This document shows positions 8,752 through 18,600 of a stretch of 64,000 nucleotides of DNA, piece by piece. How positions within the stretch are numbered: the stretch's first letter is position 1; each line of letters begins with the position of its first letter. Position numbers and translations under genes: made by a program. This stretch comes from Thermoguttaceae bacterium (GTDB taxonomy: Bacteria > Planctomycetota > Planctomycetia > Pirellulales > Thermoguttaceae): NCBI GenBank assembly GCA_017550965.1, contig JAFZNK010000333.1, positions 3,935 through 67,934 of the forward strand, read 5' to 3'. Under the pieces are notes generated by a model that worked only from the letters and a program-made list of their open reading frames with translations, was not told where the DNA came from and did no database searches.

Positions 8752-10236
8752 TTATTCCGCTTTTTTGACGGTTAGACGAACCGTTTTAATCTCGCCTTTT
8801 TGCCAAATTTCCAGTTCTACGCCATTTTCGTCGCAATTTGCCTTAGCGGCGTCGTATTGGTCGAGCGTAGTCACTTCCTGACCGTTCATTTTGAGGATCA
8901 TCGAGCTGTTGCGAACGCCCGCGCGGTACGCTTGACTGCCGGGAGTGACGTTTAATACGACGATTCCCGAACGATTGCCGGCGCCAATTCGCGCTGCGGA
9001 ATCGGGAGTCGATTGAACGACCATAACCCCCCATTCTTTGTCGATTTTGTGCGTCCCCTTTTCAACGAGTTTTTCCGTAAGCGGAACGCCGACGTAACCC
9101 TCAGGCTGGATCTCAAAGCGAATCGTTAATTCAATCGGCTCCGGGGAATTGTTCCGAAGGATTTTCAATTTGAAATCTCTATTAACGTCGATTCGTTCAA
9201 TTGTCGCTTCTAAAGCCGACGGCGATTCGAGCGGCTGGTCGTCCAGAGAGATGAGAACGTCGTTTGCGCGAAGCCCGGCTTTTGCCGCCGGCGAGTCTTT
9301 AAAAGGAGCGCCGACGCGAACGCCGGTAAGCGTGGGCAAATTAAGTCGGCGAGCTTCGTTGTATTCAATAATCGACGTCGGCGCGCCGAGGAACGCGCGT
9401 TCGACTTTTCCTTTTTCTCGCAATTGATTTGCGATCCAACTGGCAGTGTTCGCGGGAATGGCGAATCCAACGCCCTGATAACCGCCGCTCATCGACGCGA
9501 TTGCCGTGTTAATTCCCACGACCTCTCCTCGTAAGTTGACCAACGGACCGCCGCTGTTGCCGGGGTTGACCGCAGCGTCTGTTTGCAGAAAGAGTTTAGA
9601 ATCGCGGAAACGTTCCGTCGCGCTGATAATGCCGGCGCTAACCGACGATCCGAGCATAAAAGGATTGCCAATAGCGAGGACCCAGTCGCCGATCTCGACG
9701 GAGGAACTGTCGGCAAACGTCAAAAAAGGCAGCGGCTCAGTCGCTTCAATAGTAACGACGGCGACGTCGGACTTATCGTCTTTGACGATCGTCTTTGTCG
9801 GAAAACGACGACCGTCGTGAAGTTCTACAGAGATAGTCTTGCCAATTTCATATTCGCGCACCACGTGAGCGTTGGTTACGATCACGCCGCTTGGATCAAC
9901 TAAAAAACCTGATCCGCCGCTTTCAATGAGCGCTTTTTCCTCCAAATCTGGAATGAGTTCGGAAAGCGGAATTTTCGAGTTGGGGCCGTTTTTATCCAGC
10001 GCGTTTTTTTTGACGATGATTTTGACGGAAGCGGGCAACGTTTTTTGAGCCGCCTGGTGAAACGCAAGCGAAATCGAACGCGCCTGATCGTACGCTTTTT
10101 CGTCGACAGTCGACGTCGCGGGCGAGTCTTGAACGTTGGCGCGACAATTGTTCTGATTGAGAGCGAAGAAACTCAGCGTTAGTACAACGACGCTGAAAAC
10201 GTTGCGAACAGGCAATTCAAAGCGACGCGTGGTCAC
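8752..10236 (-). CDS. HtrA/DegP-family periplasmic serine protease with two PDZ domains
   Basis: The catalytic triad contexts are TNAHVV, DVAVVTI and GNSGGPLVN. The C-terminal half looks like two PDZ domains. The N-terminus is hydrophobic. The only start available is GTG at 10236. Confidence 0.9.
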   Translation of the reverse strand: MTTRRFELPVRNVFSVVVLTLSFFALNQNNCRANVQDSPATSTVDEKAYDQARSISLAFHQAAQKTLPASVKIIVKKNALDKNGPNSKIPLSELIPDLEEKALIESGGSGFLVDPSGVIVTNAHVVREYEIGKTISVELHDGRRFPTKTIVKDDKSDVAVVTIEATEPLPFLTFADSSSVEIGDWVLAIGNPFMLGSSVSAGIISATERFRDSKLFLQTDAAVNPGNSGGPLVNLRGEVVGINTAIASMSGGYQGVGFAIPANTASWIANQLREKGKVERAFLGAPTSIIEYNEARRLNLPTLTGVRVGAPFKDSPAAKAGLRANDVLISLDDQPLESPSALEATIERIDVNRDFKLKILRNNSPEPIELTIRFEIQPEGYVGVPLTEKLVEKGTHKIDKEWGVMVVQSTPDSAARIGAGNRSGIVVLNVTPGSQAYRAGVRNSSMILKMNGQEVTTLDQYDAAKANCDENGVELEIWQKGEIKTVRLTVKKAE

Positions 10237-10321
10237 GGTCTAGCCTCTTTATATGGTTATCCTTGTTTATGTCGGAGGGATTCTGCTATTTTGACGCTTT
10301 CTTTTGTCGGCAAGAGACGCG

Positions 10322-11332
10322 TCATTCAAAAGGGCGAGTCAAATCGTCGGGAACGTTTGGAGTTCCGCCTTCTTGCGAACAAACAAAAGCCGCGCGTCGC
10401 GACGCCGCCTCGACTATTTGCGAATAGGGACGATCTGTTAAAAGCCCGACGACGCATACGGCCGCAAAGGAATCGCCGGCGCCCACGGAATCTTTGACGT
10501 CGACTTCAATTGAAGGCGCAAAAGCGACTTCGTCGCTGCTGAATATGAAAGCGCCGCTTGCGCCGCAAGTTAAAACGATCGTCTTCAAATCGAACGTTTT
10601 TATCCAGGCGTCAGCCCAAACAGAGAGCGCCTGTTTGACGTTTTCAAAGTCGTCGCGTATCGCCGTGTTCAACGACGAGTCTGAATCGGCAAAAGACGCC
10701 AGCGTAGGCTCGATTTTGTCGGCGAGCATTTGATCTAATTCTATCGCTTCGACGTCGTTTAATTTGAAGACGTCGGCGTTTTGCAACGTGAACAGAACGG
10801 TTTCACGATCGTAAAACGGAGCGCGTAAATTCAAATCGCACACTCGCAACACGCTCGACGGCAAAGCGTTTAGGATTCGTAAAACAGATTCTTTGTTATC
10901 CGTTGTCCTAAGCGCCAAACTGCCGTAATAAAACGCTGAACGATATTCGGGTTCCGTTAGGAATTGGAGCGTTTTCTCCAGTTCGATTTGTCCAACGCGG
11001 ATATCGTCCCACGCGACGTTTTCAACAATTCGATAAGAGGGAATCCCCTTGGAATCAAGCGTAACGTCGACCGTGCCGGTGGGCGCTTGCCGCGATATTT
11101 GCAAGGCGTCGCGGGGAATTCCACGCGCGTCGAATCGCTCAAGGATTTCCTTACCAAGCTCGTCGTCGCCGACGCTTGTGAGCGCGCGAACTTCAGAACC
11201 CAGTGTTTTCGCGTGGTACAGAAAGTTAACCGGCGCGCCGCCGAGTTTCTTTCCGGAAGGAAGCATGTCCCACAACAATTCGCCATAAGCGAGAATCCGA
11301 GTTTTGGACGCCAATTTTAAATCGAACGACAT
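10322..11332 (-). CDS. PfkB-family carbohydrate kinase (fructokinase/ketohexokinase-like)
   Basis: 336 aa. The N-terminal GELLWD...GGAPVNF and C-terminal DSVGAGDSFAAV motifs are typical of the ribokinase/PfkB family. Confidence 0.8.
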   Translation of the reverse strand: MSFDLKLASKTRILAYGELLWDMLPSGKKLGGAPVNFLYHAKTLGSEVRALTSVGDDELGKEILERFDARGIPRDALQISRQAPTGTVDVTLDSKGIPSYRIVENVAWDDIRVGQIELEKTLQFLTEPEYRSAFYYGSLALRTTDNKESVLRILNALPSSVLRVCDLNLRAPFYDRETVLFTLQNADVFKLNDVEAIELDQMLADKIEPTLASFADSDSSLNTAIRDDFENVKQALSVWADAWIKTFDLKTIVLTCGASGAFIFSSDEVAFAPSIEVDVKDSVGAGDSFAAVCVVGLLTDRPYSQIVEAASRRAAFVCSQEGGTPNVPDDLTRPFE

Positions 11333-11464
11333 AGAACCCCCTCAAACAGTCGACTATCGACAAAATGGGAAAACAACGAACAACGGCTTGCCCGATTTCG
11401 CGTTATTATAACAGAAAACGTTCTAATTCTCCAGCGAATTGACGTTTTTTGACTCCAAAAACGT

Positions 11465-11504
11465 TTCAAAAAGGGCGCCGCTAATTGCTGGAATTAACGG
11501 CGCC
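11465..11504 (-). terminator. Rho-independent terminator candidate after the GH127 gene
   Basis: GGCGCCGcTAATT (11474-11486) pairs with AATTAaCGGCGCC (11492-11504), with loop GCTGG. On the minus strand it is followed by CTTTTTGAA. It lies 25 bp downstream of the stop at 11529. Confidence 0.55.
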
Positions 11505-11528
11505 GCAAAGTTGGGAGAAAGGGCTCGA

Positions 11529-13355
11529 TTACTTGTCAAACGTTACGTTGAAGACAAACGTATACTTTCCGTTACGTTCTTCGTTGGTCATGTCGTAAGC
11601 GTTCGTGAGCGATTCGGGCAATTGAATCGTTCCGTTTTCGTCGATTTTTACGCGCAAATCTTCGATCTTGGGATCGCCTTCTTCTTTAATCGCGAGAACT
11701 TTCGGACCAAAGCGCAAAACGCACTCGTCGATCTTTGTCGATTCCGTCGGCGTTGGGATTGCGTGGAATCGACGATCTTCAAGAATCGGAACTGCAAAAT
11801 AGGAGATCGTAAGTTCGTCGCCGACTTTACCGTCGATAACGGCGTAACCGTTGACGATTGTCGCTTCCGCTTTTTCGTCGCCGCGACTAATTTCGACCTT
11901 TTGCGCCCAGTCAGGGATTCTGACGGCAAATTTAACTTCCGCTTTATTAGGCCCCGCGATTGTCGCAACTGATTTGACGGGACAATTTGCGTCGGCAGGA
12001 AGTTGGCGAGACATAATCTGCCATTTCTCGCCGCGCAGAGTCAACGGAGTGGTAAATTCGAGCGGGAAGTTGTAATAGACCATGTCGGCGCCGGTTTTCG
12101 GACAAATTGAACCGACGGCGAAGTATTCTTTGAGCTCGTAATATCCAAGCGGACCATGATAGCTGCAGCACCAATAAGACTCTGCGTAACGTTCGCCCCA
12201 CGCGAAGCAGCCTTTGTCGTCAGAAACCATATAGCGGTGTCCGAATCCGCCGGTATGCCACTGATTCATTTGGTATTCGTTGTAGAGCATTCTTTCGGCA
12301 AAATCAAGGTATTTAACCTCGCCGGTGTTGCGCCATATCATCAGGCAAATGCGGAGCCAGTCGGCTTCCGAACAACCTTCGTCGCTGTGACCGCTGACAA
12401 TATAGTTTTCGCAAACGCCGCCGCCGGGGTTGACAAAACCTTGATATACCGCGTCGTCCCAACGTTTGACGACGCGATCAAGATATTTCTTGTCGTTTGT
12501 CTCTTCGTACAACATGACGAGCGCTTCGTGCGCGCTGATGCTGCCATGACTGTGTCCAACGGGAAGCGTGTCAAATTGCTCGTGGAAATCCGCCATCGTT
12601 ACCGCGCAATCGAGGTATTTCTTATCGCCTGTGATTCTGTAAGCGCGAACCAGGCCTTCGATCCCGTGGAAGACGCAAGTAACGTACGCAGCGGCGTAAC
12701 CCTTTGCTTCTTGTTTGTATTCGTCCATTCGAGCGGGATCGCAGAACCGTTTGACGACAATGTTTACGTAGAAGTCGGCCATCTTTTTCGCCGCTTCGAG
12801 CGCTTTTTCGTTTCCGAATCGTTCATATGCGGCGAACAAACCGAGCATCAGACGGCCGTTGCCCCAAAGAATTGGCATTTCCAGAGATTGATCGGTGGAG
12901 CCGGCGACGTCGATCGTCTTGTTCCAGTCGACCTCGCGACCAAAATGGCCGTCCGGATTTTGATATTGGACAATCTCGTCGATGATTTTGGGGAGAATAG
13001 GAGTCGTCGGCTTGTCTTTTGTCGAAGTGAGCGACGCGACTTCGATATAGCGACCGGAAATATCGCCGCTGTAGTTGAAAAAACGTCTCTTTTGATTGAA
13101 ATTGACGTCGTCGAGAACAAACGCGACGTTGTCGATGGGCTGACTGCAAAGTCTATCGAGGGATTGCTTGTAACGAGTGCCGAAAAATCCGGCGAAACCG
13201 ACGTCGTTCGAATGAGCAAACGTCAAACTCGCGCGGTCAAAAGCGGTAGCGATTTCTTCCGCCCAGGATTGAGCTTCAGTTTTAAGCAAAAGATCGGGAC
13301 GAACGATTGAAAGGAGCGCCGCCGACGCCATAAACGTTCTTCTGGTCAAATTCAT
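11529..13355 (-). CDS. Twin-arginine-exported glycoside hydrolase family 127-like (beta-L-arabinofuranosidase/DUF1680-like)
   Basis: MNLTRRTFMASAALLSI is a TAT-type signal. SDEGCSEADW and YWCCSYHGP provide the Glu/Cys and Cys-Cys positions expected for the Zn-Cys active site of GH127. The size, 608 aa, also fits. Confidence 0.7.
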   Translation of the reverse strand: MNLTRRTFMASAALLSIVRPDLLLKTEAQSWAEEIATAFDRASLTFAHSNDVGFAGFFGTRYKQSLDRLCSQPIDNVAFVLDDVNFNQKRRFFNYSGDISGRYIEVASLTSTKDKPTTPILPKIIDEIVQYQNPDGHFGREVDWNKTIDVAGSTDQSLEMPILWGNGRLMLGLFAAYERFGNEKALEAAKKMADFYVNIVVKRFCDPARMDEYKQEAKGYAAAYVTCVFHGIEGLVRAYRITGDKKYLDCAVTMADFHEQFDTLPVGHSHGSISAHEALVMLYEETNDKKYLDRVVKRWDDAVYQGFVNPGGGVCENYIVSGHSDEGCSEADWLRICLMIWRNTGEVKYLDFAERMLYNEYQMNQWHTGGFGHRYMVSDDKGCFAWGERYAESYWCCSYHGPLGYYELKEYFAVGSICPKTGADMVYYNFPLEFTTPLTLRGEKWQIMSRQLPADANCPVKSVATIAGPNKAEVKFAVRIPDWAQKVEISRGDEKAEATIVNGYAVIDGKVGDELTISYFAVPILEDRRFHAIPTPTESTKIDECVLRFGPKVLAIKEEGDPKIEDLRVKIDENGTIQLPESLTNAYDMTNEERNGKYTFVFNVTFDK

Positions 13356-13429
13356 CTGAGTATTCCTTATTGAAACGAAACGAACGATTCAACGACAAAA
13401 TCAAGACGGTAAAGCCTTTGAACGGCGTT

Positions 13430-15145
13430 TCATCGATATATGGACAAATGACGATAGTAAACTTCTAAACAGAGAATCGACAGGCACGTTACGTACATAC
13501 GTCCGCCGCCGAAACTATATTCGTCAAATTGGGGATTCCAACTTCCGGCCTCTTTTGAACCGCGAGGTTCCTGGAGTTTTGGAAGTTCTTTACTTAAGGC
13601 GCCGTTCCAACGTCGCCAATACTTATTATACGGTCCGAGACCTTTGAGCGCCATAGAGGTTGAGTACCAACCGTAGACATTGAAGTAAAAATTCTTTTCT
13701 TCTTCAGGAGTCGTGGGAAGACGAATCAAATTTTCTTCCTTTGTTAAAGCTTCCGCGCCTCTTAACAGCGCGGGATCGTTTTGAGCCCAGCCTAAATATT
13801 CGCGACACATTAGCCCCGTCGCCGTCATGGAAGGGCGTTTTTCAACGTCGGAAACTTTTCCGTTTACGAGCTGGTAGACGTATCCCGCGCCCTCGTCGTA
13901 AGACACAGAATCAAGAAATGCCCCGATTCTCGCGTAATTAGAATCAGGAACATTAATGCCCGCCATTTCTGCCGTTTTGAGCGCCATCAAACACCACCCT
14001 GTTACGGAAAGGTCGCTCGATTCCTGCGGGAGATATTTCCACCCTCCACGCGTCGCATGTTGGTTTTCCAAAATATAATTAACGGCGTTTTCCGCTTGTT
14101 TTCGCACACGAGCGTTGGCGTTTTTTTCCAGCGTGATCATTTCGCATAAGGCGATTGTGCAGAGCGCTTGCGTATAAAACAAGGCTTCGTTTGAACGAGG
14201 CGTCGGCGCAAAGGAACCGTCGGAATTCTGTTGTTTTAGCAACCAGGTCCAACCGCGTCGAACCACTGCAGAGTGTTTGCCGGAGGAACGCGTGTTTCCG
14301 GAGCCTTGAAAAGCTAAAAGCGCCAGCGCAGTCGCCGCCGGTTTGTTGTCAATAGAGGCTATTCCGTCGGAATAAGGGCCTCTCAAACTCCACGAGCCGT
14401 CTTTGTCTTGTTGTTTAGTCAGCCATTCTAAGCCCGCCTCCACTGCTTCTTCCGTTAGCTTATTGCCGCCGTATTTAGAAAGCAAATCATTTTTCAAGCC
14501 GGGATCTGTTCGACCAGTGAGCATGTCGCTCATTTCAATTCGAGATTGATCAAACAAGGGCGCCGCGACGTCGCTGACAAACGGAAGATCGTCCCTTTCA
14601 AAAACGACGACGTCTTCAATTCTTAACTCTTCCGGAACGTTTAACGCATAGCTCTCCGCTTGATTGGGATTGAGATTGCCTTCGTCTTCGGTCAGGAAAT
14701 CTAGTTGATCGCCTATTTCCGTGCTGAAAACAGCTTCGACTTCCGGCGGCGCCTGAGGAATTGGAAAAAAGATAAGAGCCAGGATGACGATAATTACCGC
14801 ATGGACAAAGACGCTCAGTCCCCACGAGGACGCGCGTTGTTTTGGCGTGATCGTGCCCGTATCGTCGGAGAGGAGGAGTTCTCCTTGTTCGTCGTCCAGA
14901 TTGTTCAGTGACTCAAGCGTCTGAGGAGGCGCGTTCGTCTTGGGACGGGAAGACGTGCGGCTAGTGGGAGAAACGAAAGGAATGCCCCCTTTTTTCGACC
15001 CTTCGATGGGCGGGGCGTTTTTTTTCGGCTGATCGATTATCGGAGGCGGAACGACGGCGTTCCTATTAGATTCTCCTCGCCCAAAAGTATGAGGCTGGGC
15101 GTCATGAAAGTTTTCATGATCGTGCGGAGGTTCTGGATATTTCAT
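13430..15145 (-). CDS. Membrane-anchored prenyltransferase/squalene-oxidase-repeat (terpenoid-cyclase-fold) protein
   Basis: The N-terminus is Pro-rich, followed by one TM (WGLSVFVHAVIIVILALIFFPI). Repeated aromatic/Gly motifs follow (QDKDGSWS, QNSDGSFAP, ATRGGWKY, EAGSWNP), typical of alpha/alpha-toroid prenyltransferase-like repeats. Confidence 0.6.
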   Translation of the reverse strand: MKYPEPPHDHENFHDAQPHTFGRGESNRNAVVPPPIIDQPKKNAPPIEGSKKGGIPFVSPTSRTSSRPKTNAPPQTLESLNNLDDEQGELLLSDDTGTITPKQRASSWGLSVFVHAVIIVILALIFFPIPQAPPEVEAVFSTEIGDQLDFLTEDEGNLNPNQAESYALNVPEELRIEDVVVFERDDLPFVSDVAAPLFDQSRIEMSDMLTGRTDPGLKNDLLSKYGGNKLTEEAVEAGLEWLTKQQDKDGSWSLRGPYSDGIASIDNKPAATALALLAFQGSGNTRSSGKHSAVVRRGWTWLLKQQNSDGSFAPTPRSNEALFYTQALCTIALCEMITLEKNANARVRKQAENAVNYILENQHATRGGWKYLPQESSDLSVTGWCLMALKTAEMAGINVPDSNYARIGAFLDSVSYDEGAGYVYQLVNGKVSDVEKRPSMTATGLMCREYLGWAQNDPALLRGAEALTKEENLIRLPTTPEEEKNFYFNVYGWYSTSMALKGLGPYNKYWRRWNGALSKELPKLQEPRGSKEAGSWNPQFDEYSFGGGRMYVTCLSILCLEVYYRHLSIYR

Positions 15146-15202
15146 CTTGAAGAATCAAATAGGAAACGTAGCGAATATGAAACGTCGACGCCAATATTGC
15201 AA

Positions 15203-16027
15203 TTATTTGGCGCCTAATTCCCGCGATCTTACCGCGCCGCGTTCAACCGCCTCGATTAACGCCGATCGGAAACCTCTTTCTTCCAGCGCGGCAACGCCGG
15301 CGATCGTCGTGCCGGCGGGGCTTGTAACGGCGTCTTTCAATTCGCCCGGATGGCGTTTGGTTTGAAGGTACATTTCCGCGCTTCCTTTGAGGGTTTGCGC
15401 CGCTAACGTTAAGGCGACTTGACGAGGCAAGCCGACTTTAACGCCGCCGTCCGCAAGCGCTTCGATCGCCATAAAGACGTATGCGGGACCGGATCCGGAA
15501 AGACCGGTAACAGCGTCGAGTTGGCTTTCCGGAAGTTCGAAGGCGACGCCAACCGTTTCCAGGAAGCCTTTAACAAGTGCTCCGTCTTCTGAGGTCGCGT
15601 TAGCGTTTAGCGCGAACCCGCTGGCCGCCTCGCCAACAAGACAAGGCGTGTTGGGCATTACGCGCGCGAGGCGGATTTTATCGAACAACGCCGTTTCAAA
15701 ATAGGAGATCGGCAAGCCGGCGGCAATAGAAACAATAAGCGGTCGGGAAGGATCGCTTGCAAGGGCTTGTTTCACCGGAACCAGAGCGCCGGCCATATAC
15801 TGAGGTTTAACGGCGAGAAATAACACGTCGGCATGATTGACTACGTCTTCGGGATTGGAAAACGCAGTCGCTTTCGTAGCGTTTACAAATTTAGCCGCCG
15901 CTGCTTCCGAAACGTCATATCCGACAACTCGCGACGGTTCGACAATTTGAGCGCGAATAAAACCGGCTGCAAGCGCCGACGCCATTTGACCCAGACCAAT
16001 GAATCCTACATTGAGCGATTTTGACAT
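15203..16027 (-). CDS. proC: Pyrroline-5-carboxylate reductase
   Basis: 274 aa. It has the VGFIGLGQMASALAAG dinucleotide fold and C-terminal GSGPAYVF...SPAGTTIAG motifs characteristic of ProC. Confidence 0.9.
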   Translation of the reverse strand: MSKSLNVGFIGLGQMASALAAGFIRAQIVEPSRVVGYDVSEAAAAKFVNATKATAFSNPEDVVNHADVLFLAVKPQYMAGALVPVKQALASDPSRPLIVSIAAGLPISYFETALFDKIRLARVMPNTPCLVGEAASGFALNANATSEDGALVKGFLETVGVAFELPESQLDAVTGLSGSGPAYVFMAIEALADGGVKVGLPRQVALTLAAQTLKGSAEMYLQTKRHPGELKDAVTSPAGTTIAGVAALEERGFRSALIEAVERGAVRSRELGAK

Positions 16028-16403
16028 TGCGTTAATTCCTCTAGGGGTTGGAAAGAGGCGGATAAAAGTGTATAATACTCGACTGTTTCGGAGGAACGAA
16101 TGATGAGAAACAGGCGTTGATTTTTTGGTTTTCGTGTCCCGAGTCCGTTACGACGGATCGACTCGTTTTGGGCTTAACGCGACTCCTATGCGTTTGCCGA
16201 TTCACGCGTCGCGTCCATGACTCAAACACAAGCCATTATAATCGTTTCCTTTTTTTTTGAAAGAACACGACGCAACGTGTTTTTGGACGCTTTGGGGCGC
16301 CTTTTGAAAAGAACACAATACGTTTGACAACGAATCGTATCCTTGACCCGGCTTCGGTCGTGCAGGAAGACGACGGCAATATATCCTGAAATGAAGGTCG
16401 TTT

Positions 16404-18560
16404 ATGTCCGACGAGAAAAAGGTTGACGAAAAAGAATCTTCAGCTTTTATGCAATTTCGCGAGATTCTTGAGTCTTTGGCGATCGCGCTTTTTTTAGCTT
16501 TCTTGTTTAAGACGTTTGAGGTAGAAGCGTTTGTCATTCCAACAGGCTCTATGGCGCCGACGTTGAAGGGACGTCATAAGGACGTTGAATGCAGCGAATG
16601 CGGCTATCGATTCCAAACGAGCGCAAGCGAAGAGATCGACTCGAGCTGCAATCGTCGAACTGGTTTTCGCGTCGTAGCGGGCGTGTGTCCTCAGTGCGGG
16701 TTTACCCAGTATTTTGGCGACGAAAAACCGAGCTTGAAAAACGATAAAATAGCTCCGTCTTATACGGGCGATCGGATTCTTGTCAGCAAAATGACATTCG
16801 ATCAGCGCGAGCTTGAACGTTGGGACGTTTCCGTTTTTCGCGCTCCTGCCGATCCGAAAGTTAATTTCATCAAGCGTATAGTCGGACTTCCCAATGAGAA
16901 TCTTCGAGTTCAGTACGGCGATATTTTTGTTCAGCCGATCAATCCCAACGCCGAGCGTCGCGTCGCTGAGTCTGGAGAGCATACTGAACGAGTTGAACGA
17001 CGTTCAGACGTGTGGACTCCCGACGTCAATCTTGCGGAAACAAACGACGTTGATCACGGTTTTTCCGAAGAGACTTGGATCGATCCGAACAAACCCTTTG
17101 AAATTGCGAGGAAGAATTATAAGTATCTTCGTCAGATTTTACAAATCGTTCATGACGACGATTACGTAGCGAGGAAACTGCGACAAGTCGGATGGCCCGA
17201 ACGGTGGACTGACGATCTTGTTCATCAGGGTTCTGGCAAACGCGCATGGCGTCGATTTGAAACTAATAAGGGGAGAGGATTTGCATTTGTCGGCGCTCTA
17301 GAGGATGATTTGGAAAACGCGTCAAATTTGAGATTGGGAGCAGAGGCGGACGTATCTCCTGTGGTTCAGGGGGACGAAAAGCTTTATTGGTTGCGGTATC
17401 GTCATATCGTTCCTTCTTCAAAAGATTGGTTCTATCTGGCTGACGGGAAGTTGCCTCCTGACGTTGAACGTTCGGGCGTCGTAACGAACAATCCTCGCTT
17501 GATTGACGACTTTGCCGCTTACAACGCGGGCGTGTCTCGTCGTCAGGCGTCTCTTGGCACGTCAGACGCGCATGGAGCGCACGTGTCGCGATTTGTCGAA
17601 GAATGGGATCGTTCCAACACCGACGAGTTTTCTCAACTTGCTCAAACTACGATTGGAACAGACGGTTCTTCGCGTGTTCACGTCGCCAAGAATCCTGACG
17701 GATTTGGATGTAATTGGGTCGGCGATTTAGCGATATCATGCGATTTGACCTTTGAACAAACGCAGACTAAAGAAACTGGCGTTCTTGCGTTTGATTTAGT
17801 TAAAGGAGGAGTAACGTTTCGTTGTTCTATTGTTCCTAAAACAGGTTCCATTACGTTAAGCGTGCCCGCCGTGCCGGAGTTTGAACCGAAAACGATTTCT
17901 TATGATTTTACGCGGAAGGCGACATATCGTTTTATGTTTCTGAATGTCGACGAAGAAATGCGCGTAGTCATTGACGACGAAGAACTTGCTTTTCCGGGAG
18001 AAGGGGGGCGTTACGACCTGTTTACGACGACCGACGACGAGCAACCGGCGATTATACCGCGAAATCGTGATCCAAACGCTCGGGATCTGGCGCCTGTTGC
18101 CGTAGGCGTCAACAACGTCGGCGTGAAGATGGAACATTTGAAGGTGTTACGCGACGTCTATTACATAGCCGCAGGACGAATGCTTGAAGATTGGGACACG
18201 TCTCGTTTTAACGACTTCAACACCGCTCGCTGCGATCGGCTTTCGTTAGGAGAGTATGTTTATTTAGGAGACGAAGACGATATGTCGAAGTTTATGTCTT
18301 CTCCAAGGTTATGGAGAGGATACGGCAATACGAAGTCTGCTCTTCTTACACAGCATAGCGAACAATATGTCGCGTTTGGCGACAATAGCGGTTTTAGTTT
18401 AGACAGTCGTCTTTGGTCTGACGGTTTCGTTCCTCATTATGTAGATCGCCGTTATTTAATAGGCAAGGCTTTTTATGTGTATTGGCCTCATGGTTGGCCC
18501 TTGCCTGTGATCAAAAGTCCTTTTTGGCCAAACTTCTCAAAAATGCGTCACATCGATTGA
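16404..18560 (+). CDS. lepB: Signal peptidase I (S26) with a 4-Cys insert and a very large internal insertion
   Basis: One TM (LAIALFLAFLF). S26 boxes are present: IPTGSMAPTL (Ser), GDRILVSK, FIKRIVGLPNE (Lys) and GDNSGFSLDSRLW. CSECGY and CPQCGF lie between boxes B and C. About 470 aa are inserted before box E. Confidence 0.85.
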   Translation: MSDEKKVDEKESSAFMQFREILESLAIALFLAFLFKTFEVEAFVIPTGSMAPTLKGRHKDVECSECGYRFQTSASEEIDSSCNRRTGFRVVAGVCPQCGFTQYFGDEKPSLKNDKIAPSYTGDRILVSKMTFDQRELERWDVSVFRAPADPKVNFIKRIVGLPNENLRVQYGDIFVQPINPNAERRVAESGEHTERVERRSDVWTPDVNLAETNDVDHGFSEETWIDPNKPFEIARKNYKYLRQILQIVHDDDYVARKLRQVGWPERWTDDLVHQGSGKRAWRRFETNKGRGFAFVGALEDDLENASNLRLGAEADVSPVVQGDEKLYWLRYRHIVPSSKDWFYLADGKLPPDVERSGVVTNNPRLIDDFAAYNAGVSRRQASLGTSDAHGAHVSRFVEEWDRSNTDEFSQLAQTTIGTDGSSRVHVAKNPDGFGCNWVGDLAISCDLTFEQTQTKETGVLAFDLVKGGVTFRCSIVPKTGSITLSVPAVPEFEPKTISYDFTRKATYRFMFLNVDEEMRVVIDDEELAFPGEGGRYDLFTTTDDEQPAIIPRNRDPNARDLAPVAVGVNNVGVKMEHLKVLRDVYYIAAGRMLEDWDTSRFNDFNTARCDRLSLGEYVYLGDEDDMSKFMSSPRLWRGYGNTKSALLTQHSEQYVAFGDNSGFSLDSRLWSDGFVPHYVDRRYLIGKAFYVYWPHGWPLPVIKSPFWPNFSKMRHID

Positions 18561-18600
18561 AACGTGTTCCAGCGGAGATTGTCGTTAGGTAGGAACGATT

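Noticed and set aside
12156-13310. 384-aa plus-strand ORF opposite the GH127 gene
   Set aside because: It is antisense to a gene with the GH127 Cys/Glu pattern. Its composition is low-information, and it has no RBS or recognisable domain.
1-16000. Impression that the first ~16 kb is more GC-rich than 19-24 kb and 48-51 kb, suggesting a possible island boundary
   Set aside because: Hand counts of single 60-nt lines ranged from 40 to 63 percent GC within both parts. No mobility genes or tRNA mark a junction. The AT-richer genes are lineage-specific low-complexity proteins, which can explain the difference. This needs a computed sliding-window GC and codon-usage test.
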